Positions 55,812-64,000 of a stretch of DNA of 64,000 nt are shown piece by piece. Where the stretch lies: positions 350,433 to 414,432 of the forward strand of contig MEUZ01000003.1 in the NCBI GenBank assembly GCA_001772615.1, given 5' to 3'. The stretch is from a candidate division WWE3 bacterium RIFCSPHIGHO2_01_FULL_40_23 (GTDB lineage Bacteria > Patescibacteriota > WWE3 > UBA101185 > 2-01-FULL-41-18). How positions within the stretch are numbered: position 1 is the first letter of the stretch; every line of letters begins with the position of its first letter. Below the pieces are notes generated by a model. The model saw nothing but the letters and a program-made list of their open reading frames with translations. It did not search any database and was not told where the DNA came from. The translations under genes were made by a program, and so were the position numbers.

Positions 55812-57608
55812 ATGACGGCAGATAGCACCCTTGTGCTTCTTGAAAAAACAGTTAGAAGGTTTCCTTTAACTCTAGCCTCTTCAACAGCATTCGTAATTTT
55901 AATGATTTACTTGATTGAGAAGCAATTTAATCCCAATGATGGCATCCTTAAATTGCTAATCATCTTGTCAATGGGAGTGCCGCTTTTTACCGCTCTTCAC
56001 CTTATTACAGAAGCAAAAGCAATTAAGAGAGTCCATAAAATCCTGCTGAATGGTCTTGGAGTGCTCGCCCTGGCAGTTTACTTTTTCTTGTACCTCCCAA
56101 AAAATATTGACCTGTTTACCGGAGGTCACATCAACAACATTGTCCTTCACCAGGTAGTTCTGTATCTCATTGCATTCTCATCACCATATTTAGTCAGAAA
56201 CAGTGAGGGCAACTTTAGAACCTACCTAAGGAAAATGGTTTTAAGGTTTGCCTTGAGCTTCATATTCTCCGCAATAGTTTACATGGGTATAACAGTGATA
56301 TTGAGTACTATAAACTATTTGTTTACCGTTAATATAAAGCCTGAACTTAACCTTCAATTATGGTTCGTAACGGCTAACTTTGTCGGTCTTTTCTACTTTC
56401 TTGCAGGTGTTCCCGCAAATTTTGATGATCTGGGGCAGGACCAGAAATGGCTGGATATTCTAAAAATTGCAACAGAATATATTCTCATACCTTTAAATTA
56501 TGCCTATCTGGTAATCTTGTATCTTTACCTTCTAAAAATCCTTATCACTCGAACTTGGCCTGAAGACGGTGTAAGTAATATTATTCTCGGGTATTCCATA
56601 TTTAGTATTTTCACCTGGGCTCTAGTACCAAACGGCGAGGATAAAATAAACTTAATCACGAAGTATTTTAAAAAACTGGTTTTTGCATCCCTCATACCTC
56701 TTGCCATAACTCTTCTTATTGCTATCGGTATAAGGATATCGGCTTATGGATATACCGAAAGACGGTACCTTCTTTTAATTCTTGGGATCTGGCTTCTTTT
56801 AAGTTCTGTGTATTTCGCATTAACAAAGACCCAATCGCTAAAATACATTTTCACGTCGTTAGTAATAATTGTGTTTGTATCCTCAATAGGTCCGCAAAGC
56901 GCGGTAAACGTGTCGCGAGTTAGCCAGCTGACAAGATTTAAGGACATTCTGGCAAAAAACGGGATGCTTATTGACGGTGTGGCTATCCCTCCCAAACAAG
57001 CAATCTCTGTACAAGATGCATACGAATTAAGATCAATAATCAGCTATCTCGGACACATTCATAACTTTTCAGGCATTGAAAACTCTTTTCCTAACATGCA
57101 GTTTGATAACTCAAACAAACTAGTATCGGAAAAGGAGACCTCCATACTAACTTTCTTAAACTTGCCCGATGCAAGACCTCATGAGCAATCGGATTATCTT
57201 TATCTGTCAACAAAAGACATTAATATTATGGATATTTCAGGGTATGACGTGATGCTCAAGATGTGCGGGGCATACCAGTTTGGAACCGTGTCATGCTCTT
57301 ATGAAGGAACTGACATAAAAGTATTAAGAACAAATGATGTAATTCAGATAGTCGCTGCAAATGAATCAATAAACTTTAATCTTAACGACATTGTCAAAAA
57401 TGCAAACCTTAACCCAAATAACTATAACTATGAGATAGATCCTAAAGACATGGATCTCGTTGAAGCCGGTTCAAATTATCGTGTAAAACTTTATATAACA
57501 TCACTATCGGGATACCTGACACCGGATGGAACCAGTATAAAAAGCGTGAACAGCGTGGACGGTTACGTACTCATTAAAAATCTTGCAGACAAACCCTTGC
57601 CAAATTAA
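55812..57608 (+). CDS. Polytopic membrane protein with a C-terminal extracytoplasmic domain, hypothetical (DUF4153-like)
   Basis: About 10 TM helices in the first 330 aa, then a soluble C-terminal region of about 260 aa. Confidence 0.5.
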   Translation: MTADSTLVLLEKTVRRFPLTLASSTAFVILMIYLIEKQFNPNDGILKLLIILSMGVPLFTALHLITEAKAIKRVHKILLNGLGVLALAVYFFLYLPKNIDLFTGGHINNIVLHQVVLYLIAFSSPYLVRNSEGNFRTYLRKMVLRFALSFIFSAIVYMGITVILSTINYLFTVNIKPELNLQLWFVTANFVGLFYFLAGVPANFDDLGQDQKWLDILKIATEYILIPLNYAYLVILYLYLLKILITRTWPEDGVSNIILGYSIFSIFTWALVPNGEDKINLITKYFKKLVFASLIPLAITLLIAIGIRISAYGYTERRYLLLILGIWLLLSSVYFALTKTQSLKYIFTSLVIIVFVSSIGPQSAVNVSRVSQLTRFKDILAKNGMLIDGVAIPPKQAISVQDAYELRSIISYLGHIHNFSGIENSFPNMQFDNSNKLVSEKETSILTFLNLPDARPHEQSDYLYLSTKDINIMDISGYDVMLKMCGAYQFGTVSCSYEGTDIKVLRTNDVIQIVAANESINFNLNDIVKNANLNPNNYNYEIDPKDMDLVEAGSNYRVKLYITSLSGYLTPDGTSIKSVNSVDGYVLIKNLADKPLPN

Positions 57609-57632
57609 ATCCATTGGTTAAACTTAGTTCTT

Positions 57633-58004
57633 ATGGAAAACGGATCAATACAAAAACGGATTGAAATCATTGAGACTTTGAGTAAAGAATTAAAATCGCT
57701 TAATGAAATGCTGAAAGAATCGCTTGAGAAAGATCCGACGTATATGAAAAGTGAAGAGGAGAAATCAAAAATCAGAGAGGAAGTAAAAGTTGCGAAGAAC
57801 AAAGCCGAGGAGAAAAGCGATGTTAAAAATATTCTTATGGAGATAAAAGAAAAAAGGGATGAAATTAAAGAGGCGAAAGAAACTCTTTCATTGGAGCTTG
57901 TTGAGTATTACAGGCAAAACAGTATATTAACGATAGAAGATGGGGAGGGAAGAGTAAGAGAAATGAAAATATCCGTAAGACTTTCAAACCCCAAACCACA
58001 ATGA
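57633..58004 (+). CDS. Coiled-coil protein, hypothetical
   Basis: 123 aa. Lys/Glu-rich with heptad repeats. Confidence 0.4.
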   Translation: MENGSIQKRIEIIETLSKELKSLNEMLKESLEKDPTYMKSEEEKSKIREEVKVAKNKAEEKSDVKNILMEIKEKRDEIKEAKETLSLELVEYYRQNSILTIEDGEGRVREMKISVRLSNPKPQ

Positions 58005-58076
58005 CATATCTAGAAATGCTTTTGAATTAATAGTGCGATATAATCCATTTTAGAACTTTGAGAGCATAAAAAAGGA

Positions 58077-58427
58077 GTGGAGATGAAGACTTTGTTTCAG
58101 GCTATTGTAGTAGCCGCCATGCCACTGTTTTTCCTGATCATCGGAATTTTAACCGGCGTACTGACGAAACTTGAGCTAGAGATTATTCTTTACGCGGCTC
58201 TGGTAATTTTGCTGGTTGTGCTTTCCGGATACGGGTTCTTCACCCTGCTGGGAGCCTCGTGGGATAAAAGCAAAAACGGGGTAGTCTGCCTTTTTGCCAG
58301 CCTGTTCATTTCGGTGGCAGCAGTACACGTCCCAAACGGTACTGTGCTTCCGTTCATCACATACATGCTTTTCCTAACGGGTGTGGGGCTTGGGCACTTC
58401 GTCCCATTTCCGAAAGCAAAGAAGTAA
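58077..58427 (+). CDS. Small polytopic membrane protein, hypothetical (higher GC)
   Basis: 116 aa with 4 TM helices. A terminator follows. Confidence 0.45.
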   Translation: MEMKTLFQAIVVAAMPLFFLIIGILTGVLTKLELEIILYAALVILLVVLSGYGFFTLLGASWDKSKNGVVCLFASLFISVAAVHVPNGTVLPFITYMLFLTGVGLGHFVPFPKAKK

Positions 58428-58430
58428 ACT

Positions 58431-58462
58431 TACCCCCGTAACAAATTTGCGGGGGCTTTTTA
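58431..58462 (+). terminator. Intrinsic terminator
   Basis: cccccg..cggggg, then CTTTTT. Confidence 0.6.
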
Positions 58463-61400
58463 TACCTCAAGTTCAAGCTGACTGTCCTCACCACCGCCTT
58501 TTGGAATACCGTTTGGCCAGCAATGAGCCCTGTAATCACAATTCACGCAGGTTTTGTAATTTGTAGTTCTTTCAAACTTTAGCTCTCTGATTTTTTTCAT
58601 CACATCTTTGATAGTAAGCTTAAGCTCCTCCAGCTCCCCCAAGGATATATTAAAAGAGTGCCTAGAAAACTTTCCATTTTTATCAGGCTCCACAAAATCG
58701 AGCTCTGCGTCAGTCACCGTAAAGTTAAATGTCCGGTCTAAATCGGCAAGAAGTTTATAAAAAACAAGCTGTCTTTTATATCCGCCGTTTGAGTACTTAG
58801 TCTTGCCCTCAACGTCATTCCTTGACTTTGCCTTCCCCGTTTTATAATCAATAACCTTCACATACTTTCGCGAGACGTCAACATAATCAATCTTGTCAAC
58901 TTTCCCATTAAGAGGAATGTTATCAAGATAAACTTTGGAGTTCCCATACCCAAAAAACTTTTCGGTAAAAAGAGGCTTTTGAAACTCTTTGTTATAAGAA
59001 CCAAAATAAGCTTTCAGGATTAAACTTCCTTTTGCCCTCGTTTCCAAAAAATCTCTTTCCGTTAAAATCTCCTCGCTAATTGCTTTTTCAAACTCTGATA
59101 AAAGATACGGCAGGTCGGGAAGCTTTCCCGTATTTTTAAACTCCCTGAAAAATATCTCCAAAGCCTTGTGAACGGCGGTTCCAAGCGCAAGATACTTATC
59201 CTTGGCCCTCGGGGTCCTAAGTAGATTATTAAGTTTAAATTTATAAGGGCATTCAAGATATGTATTTAACGCCGTAACCGAAAGGCTGAAATTTTTAAGA
59301 ACGCTTTTTAAGAAATCTTTTTCTTCTATTGAAACATTTTCAGAAGTAACCGGCTTTAAAATGTCTTTTAAAATTTCTTTGACGGAAGATTCATACTTTG
59401 AAACTTCGATCTCCTCCGTTTTGTCTTTTGAAATCTCGGAAATAAACATTGATGGAACTGCTTCTCTTAAAGACCCTTCGGTAAAATATGAATCCGCGTA
59501 TGTAACAAAAAGCCCTTTTTTTGCTCTCGTCATTGCAACGTAAAAAAGTCTTCTTTCATCCTCATTCTTTTCTTTTGACGCATCCAACGTCCCGGCTTTG
59601 TCTTTAACGCCAAGAGAAGCCCCGACAAGGCCTTCCGGAAGTTTTATTAAATCCCTGACTTTATTATTACCCCACTTTCCGTCAAAGCATTTAACTAAAA
59701 AGACATACTCAAACTCAAGGCCCTTTGACCTGTGAGCCGTCGTTAACAAAACAGAGTTATTTCTGATATTTAAAGCCTCCTCATTTATGGGAATTCCGCT
59801 TTCCTTAAGAATTAAAACATCCTCCATAAATTTCTTAAGGTTAAGAGAATGATCGGCTGTATTTAGCTTTTTAATTTCGGCAAACAAAGAATTTAATCTG
59901 TTTAATTTTTCTATGGAATCTCGGGAAGAAATCACCCAGTTTAAAAATCCCGATTCCTCTAAAACTCTTTCAAAAAAAGCGGTGAAAGTAAGATTAGAGT
60001 CTAGACTTTGCCACTCATAAAGCTTATCCAGAAACTTTTCAAAATTTAGGGCATTTAAAACCCCTGAAGATTTCTTAAAATCGGGATGATTTATTGCTTC
60101 AACAAAATTTATTTTCTTCTCACTAGCAAAGCGGGAAAGCTTAAGGGTGTCAACATAATCAAAGTCCAAAAACTCGTAATTAAAAATGGTGAAAAGATCA
60201 AGGTCCTCCTCTTTGCTTCTGACTTTTAAAATCACGTCAAGAAGCTTTAGGAGTTTATTAATGTCATAATCCTCTAAAACATTTTCCCCGCCTATAAGAT
60301 TAAACGGAATTCCCATCCTCCCAAACATGTCCGAGAAGTCTTTTGAATCCGCATTGTTCCTATAAATTACCGCAATTTCAGAAGGCAAGACCCCATCTTC
60401 CACAAGTTTTTTGATTTGTGTAGAAACAAAAAAGCTCTCCGTAATTCCAGAAGAAAAATGCCCGAGCTCTATCCTCTTATCTTCATATGTAACCGCACTT
60501 TCCTGCCTTTTTTCAACGTTTAGAAAATCCGTTAATTTAAGCTCATTATTTTTTATTAAATCCTCCGACGCGCCAATAATAACTTTCTGGCTTCTGTAAT
60601 TTTCCTTAAGGGTAATTATTTTTGCCTTCGGATAATTTTTTGTGAAAAAGAGTATGTTATCTAGTGAAGCTCCCTGAAATCTGTATATGGACTGTGAGTC
60701 ATCGCCCACCACAAACACATTTGCTTCGTCACCCCAGTAGCTTGCAAGAAGATGGGCAACTTTGTTCTGCGGAGAGTTTGTGTCCTGATATTCATCAACA
60801 AGAAAATACAAATATCTTTCCTGATAATCCCTAAGAAGATTTGCGTCGTTATCAAATCTTTCGGTAACAAGATTAATCATGTCTTCAAAGTCATACCGGT
60901 TTTTCTCTTTCAATTTTTGTAAATATCTTGAGTAAACATCCAAAACCTCCGAGAGTTTTTCAAAGTTTTCGCTTTTTTCTATAAACTTCTCAAAATCTTT
61001 TTCCGAGATACCCTCCCTTTTCAAATCCTGTATTGTTCTAATCAAAGATCTTACATAGTAGTACCTGCCTCCAAACGGTCTAATATTTTTATAACCTCCC
61101 TCGTCAAGAATTTCCCTGAATATCTGAACCCTTTCAAGATCAGATAAAGGCTCAAGATCTTCCGAAAGGACAAACCTGTCGGGGTTACTTCTTAAAATGT
61201 CTGAACAGAAGGAATGAAAGGTATAAATGTTCACGTAATAAGCTTCCGAACCTATTATTGATAAAAGCCTTTCCCTCATGGCTTTAACACCGGAGTCGGT
61301 AAAGGTGAGAGCCAAAATTGCAGATGAGGGTGTATCGGTCTTTTTGAGAATGTTTGCAATTCTCATAGTGAGAACCTGCGTCTTTCCCGTTCCGGGTCCC

Positions 61401-61519
61401 GCGATAACTAAAACGGGGCCTTCTATAGTGTCAACCGCTTCTTTCTGCTTTGGGTTTAGCTCTTTGTATAAAGATTCAAATGTTTCTGTATGGGCCTTCT
61501 TGGACATACTCATCAGCAT
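58460..61519 (-). CDS. UvrD/PcrA-like SF1 helicase fused to a C-terminal PD-(D/E)XK (RecB/Cas4-like, Cys-cluster) nuclease; AddA/AdnB-like
   Basis: The N-terminal VLVIAGPGTGKTQVL and the UvrD motifs. The C-terminal VIDYKTGK...FVEPDKNGK...CVNCDYRAHC. About 1015 aa. The start may be the internal MSKKAH. Confidence 0.75.
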   Translation of the reverse strand: MLMSMSKKAHTETFESLYKELNPKQKEAVDTIEGPVLVIAGPGTGKTQVLTMRIANILKKTDTPSSAILALTFTDSGVKAMRERLLSIIGSEAYYVNIYTFHSFCSDILRSNPDRFVLSEDLEPLSDLERVQIFREILDEGGYKNIRPFGGRYYYVRSLIRTIQDLKREGISEKDFEKFIEKSENFEKLSEVLDVYSRYLQKLKEKNRYDFEDMINLVTERFDNDANLLRDYQERYLYFLVDEYQDTNSPQNKVAHLLASYWGDEANVFVVGDDSQSIYRFQGASLDNILFFTKNYPKAKIITLKENYRSQKVIIGASEDLIKNNELKLTDFLNVEKRQESAVTYEDKRIELGHFSSGITESFFVSTQIKKLVEDGVLPSEIAVIYRNNADSKDFSDMFGRMGIPFNLIGGENVLEDYDINKLLKLLDVILKVRSKEEDLDLFTIFNYEFLDFDYVDTLKLSRFASEKKINFVEAINHPDFKKSSGVLNALNFEKFLDKLYEWQSLDSNLTFTAFFERVLEESGFLNWVISSRDSIEKLNRLNSLFAEIKKLNTADHSLNLKKFMEDVLILKESGIPINEEALNIRNNSVLLTTAHRSKGLEFEYVFLVKCFDGKWGNNKVRDLIKLPEGLVGASLGVKDKAGTLDASKEKNEDERRLFYVAMTRAKKGLFVTYADSYFTEGSLREAVPSMFISEISKDKTEEIEVSKYESSVKEILKDILKPVTSENVSIEEKDFLKSVLKNFSLSVTALNTYLECPYKFKLNNLLRTPRAKDKYLALGTAVHKALEIFFREFKNTGKLPDLPYLLSEFEKAISEEILTERDFLETRAKGSLILKAYFGSYNKEFQKPLFTEKFFGYGNSKVYLDNIPLNGKVDKIDYVDVSRKYVKVIDYKTGKAKSRNDVEGKTKYSNGGYKRQLVFYKLLADLDRTFNFTVTDAELDFVEPDKNGKFSRHSFNISLGELEELKLTIKDVMKKIRELKFERTTNYKTCVNCDYRAHCWPNGIPKGGGEDSQLELEV

Positions 61520-61567
61520 GAATTATAACGGATTGACACACAGAAAAGCTTAAACTAAAGTTGTCCC

Positions 61568-62002
61568 ATGGATGAGGAAAGAAAGCTGGTTTTTGAACTT
61601 TTAAAAGCGGCGGGCATTCCCGATAACGAAATTGAAAGCTATTACTCCAAGATGATTACATTGTCTCTTACCTACCTTGTAGCCTTCACACTTTCGGCCC
61701 TTAACGAGGATGAAAAAGAAAAGCTGACAAAAGAGCTTAAAGATTCTTCAAAACAGGCGGATATAATTATTCAAAAACTAAAAGAAGCTTGTGAGTCTTC
61801 GCAGAACAAGCCTGACATAAGGGACATAGCCGCCCTTGCAAAAATAAAAGCCTCTTCAGAATTTTTCGGGTCGGTTTACGACAAAGCAGACGAGGGGCAT
61901 AAGACAAAACTTATTGAAGTTTACAGAGGTATAATTACCTCAAACCCCACACATAAAGAAAATATTGAGAATGTGATTAATGCGTTCGGGAAGGAGGACT
62001 AG
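61568..62002 (+). CDS. Hypothetical protein
   Basis: 144 aa, helical. Confidence 0.4.
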   Translation: MDEERKLVFELLKAAGIPDNEIESYYSKMITLSLTYLVAFTLSALNEDEKEKLTKELKDSSKQADIIIQKLKEACESSQNKPDIRDIAALAKIKASSEFFGSVYDKADEGHKTKLIEVYRGIITSNPTHKENIENVINAFGKED

Positions 62003-62003
62003 T

Positions 62004-62555
62004 ATGAGAGAAGGACCACCTTTGGAAATGCCCCATGAGGAAGTTTCTACCGCCGGTTCTGAAGCTGCAAAACCGGACGAGGGGTTTACGATTAGAATAC
62101 TAGGGATTGATGTCCCTGAACCTGTAGCTACAAAAGCCGCGGTTGTATTAGTTGCAACCGCAACAGCTTTTGCACAGGCTAAGGAAGCTCTTGGATCTAA
62201 TTTTGAGGTACCCACTACACCCGAGGAAGGAGCGAAAGAGGCAATGAAGCTATTAATCGGGGTAGGAGGCGGCGCAGTCCTACTCGGAGCCGGGCTTGCA
62301 GTGGGAATGCGAATTAAAAGGGCTTGGGAGGAGGGCGATACTCACCAACAGCCTTCGGAAGAACCACGGCCTAGAGGCCAAGGATATAAAGACTCCCGCG
62401 AGGAGGCACTAGATCGGGGTATTGGGCAGGCTCAAGCCTCGGCTCCATTTGTTTCCAGAATGAGGGGTGCTTCACCAGTCGAAAGGTTAGAAGCTCTAAG
62501 AGACTTAGAAAACCCTACCAGGGGATCAAGAAAATCTCTATCAGAACTAACATAA
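62004..62555 (+). CDS. Membrane-anchored hypothetical protein (higher GC)
   Basis: ATG 1 nt after the upstream stop. A TM helix LLIGVGGGAVLLGAGLAVGM. Low-complexity charged regions. Confidence 0.4.
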   Translation: MREGPPLEMPHEEVSTAGSEAAKPDEGFTIRILGIDVPEPVATKAAVVLVATATAFAQAKEALGSNFEVPTTPEEGAKEAMKLLIGVGGGAVLLGAGLAVGMRIKRAWEEGDTHQQPSEEPRPRGQGYKDSREEALDRGIGQAQASAPFVSRMRGASPVERLEALRDLENPTRGSRKSLSELT

Positions 62556-62571
62556 CAAAGGGTAATCTAAA

Positions 62572-64000
62572 CTACGGAGTCCCTTTTTTATACACATTCA
62601 AAATCTTCACACCATCAGCCCAAACAGAATGTACCTCCTCAAAACTCTCGGGAACTACTACTTCACCCCTAAAATTAGTCACATAATAATCCGGCTCTTT
62701 GGTTTTCTGGCTTACATCAAGCCTTTTTCTGTCCGGCTCCGGAAGGATCAGGGTGTTATTTTTCCCCGGGTAATTCGCCACTTTAACTTTTATCTTATCC
62801 CTGTCATCGGTTCTCACTATATATTCAAGACCCTTTCTGTAGGAAAGCCCCCAATAATCAAGATCAAACCTTTGCCCGATTGTGCTTTTTTCACCCGCAA
62901 AAACATTAAAGTACATATTCTCAAAAGGGTGATTTCTGTACATAAAACCTAAAGCTAAAAGCGCGTTAACCAACACCGCAAGAATAAGAGCTCGTTTTAA
63001 GAAAAAGCCAGAAGCATTAACCGCGAAAGTCAGAATATACACAAAAGCCGGGTATATAAAAAAGAGCTGGCGCCATTCATCATATAAAACAGACTTTAAA
63101 AGTATTACTGAAAGAAGAGGAACAAAAAACCAAAGCAAGATAAGCATGTCTTCTTTTCTTAAAGAACTTCGTTTATAGACAAAATAAAAAAGCCCTAGAC
63201 AGAAAACAAAAATATAAGCTGGTGGGATGGTAACAAGCATCCATCCGGGAGCATAATAAAAAGGCAAATTTACGCTTTCTATCTTCTTTCCGTAAAAAAG
63301 CATTTCAGTTGGCTGCGGGTAATATTTAAAAGCTTTAATAAAGTTTCCGACAGGGTTTTCCCAAAGAGTGGGCCAGAATAAAACGGTAAAAATAGCTGTA
63401 ACCAAGACATAGACAACCAACGGTTTTAATTCCTGCTTTAGCAAGGATAAACTTAAGCCTGAATCTATAATTGTCATCCCGGGCTTGACCCGGGATCTAG
63501 ATTCCCGCTTTCGCAGGAATGACAGTGTATACGGTAATAAAACCCCGCTTGAGATAAAGAGGGCAACAAAAAAGGGGATTAAAACGCCAAGAATCCTTGT
63601 GTCAATTAAAACAGCAGAAGTAAAAGCCAGAATAAACGCGCTAAAGTAACTTCTCTTATCCAAAAACTGTAGTACAAAATAAACGTTTATTATAAAAAAC
63701 GACAAAAAAACCATATCTTTTGAGTTATAAAAAGAGTGGGCAAAAAGCCTTGGAGTTAAAACCAAAACCGCGCTTCCAAGAAGTGAAAGCCACGTGCCAA
63801 ACCTTTTTCTTAATAACAAAAAGAAGAACAAAACACCGGCATATTGCGTCATAAAAGTTAGAAAGTGCCTTGAAAAATAAATTTCCCGTGAGTCGCTTAA
63901 ATTAAATATTTTTTGAGCACCTACCAGAAAAACTTCAAAAACGGGGCCGTAAAATTTATCTATTTTATCAAGAGGTTTCTTGTCTCTTAGAAAAACATGA
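62572..64000 (-). CDS. GT-C fold (PMT/ArnT-like) membrane glycosyltransferase, 5'-partial; contains an in-frame repeat insertion
   Basis: The reading frame is open through 64000 upstream of the listed Met. It is multi-TM. An 18-aa insert LSFLRKRESRSRVKPGMT is encoded by repeat R6. Confidence 0.6.
   Translation of the reverse strand, partial: HVFLRDKKPLDKIDKFYGPVFEVFLVGAQKIFNLSDSREIYFSRHFLTFMTQYAGVLFFFLLLRKRFGTWLSLLGSAVLVLTPRLFAHSFYNSKDMVFLSFFIINVYFVLQFLDKRSYFSAFILAFTSAVLIDTRILGVLIPFFVALFISSGVLLPYTLSFLRKRESRSRVKPGMTIIDSGLSLSLLKQELKPLVVYVLVTAIFTVLFWPTLWENPVGNFIKAFKYYPQPTEMLFYGKKIESVNLPFYYAPGWMLVTIPPAYIFVFCLGLFYFVYKRSSLRKEDMLILLWFFVPLLSVILLKSVLYDEWRQLFFIYPAFVYILTFAVNASGFFLKRALILAVLVNALLALGFMYRNHPFENMYFNVFAGEKSTIGQRFDLDYWGLSYRKGLEYIVRTDDRDKIKVKVANYPGKNNTLILPEPDRKRLDVSQKTKEPDYYVTNFRGEVVVPESFEEVHSVWADGVKILNVYKKGTP
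63472..63525. repeat. Palindromic repeat family copy R6, 54 nt, inserted in-frame in a CDS
   Basis: tgtcatcccgggcttgacccgggatctagattcccgctttcgcaggaatgacag; near-identical to the right half of R5. Confidence 0.7.

Noticed and set aside
1-64000. Search for CRISPR arrays, tRNA and rRNA genes
   Set aside because: I saw no direct-repeat/spacer periodicity, no cloverleaf-compatible segments with GTTCGA/TTCAAAT-type T-arms in the intergenic regions, and no rRNA-like conserved blocks. A tRNAscan/Infernal run is needed to be certain.

Overview
This window is about 64 kb of a low-GC (roughly 40%) bacterial chromosome, and almost all of it is coding. Most genes are core housekeeping genes. On the minus strand: ftsK, RNase J, a family-4 uracil-DNA glycosylase, pnp-rpsO, infB-nusA, dnaJ, hrcA-grpE-dnaK, lepA, murJ, and a gap / pgk / tpi cluster. 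On the plus strand: trmD, rpsT, pcrA and ksgA. A set of Gram-positive-type envelope genes is also present: MurT/GatD, two tandem FemAB paralogues, an LCP protein, a sortase with a candidate substrate, a DacA-like carboxypeptidase, a 3D/G5 protein and PilN/PilO-like proteins. By inference this gene content fits a small-genome organism such as a Patescibacteria/CPR-like or Firmicutes-like bacterium. Several less ordinary layers sit on top of this backbone. (1) At least 7 copies of a GC-rich nested-palindrome repeat family with MITE-like terminal inverted repeats, one of which is inserted in-frame inside a glycosyltransferase gene. (2) About 10 dispersed small ORFs with visibly higher GC; most have a strong AGGAG Shine-Dalgarno sequence and a dedicated intrinsic terminator. 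(3) A roughly 210-nt non-coding transcript candidate bounded by a textbook TTGACA-17-TATATA promoter and a terminator. (4) Several degenerate or domain-truncated enzymes, namely a Lon AAA+ module without a protease domain, a truncated aldehyde:ferredoxin oxidoreductase next to a ferredoxin inside the glycolytic operon, and a DHH pseudo-phosphoesterase. (5) A pilin-like protein carrying a sortase-type C-terminal sorting signal next to a sortase. I could not identify any rRNA, tRNA or CRISPR array by eye. All homology calls come from motif recognition in the supplied translations, not from database searches.
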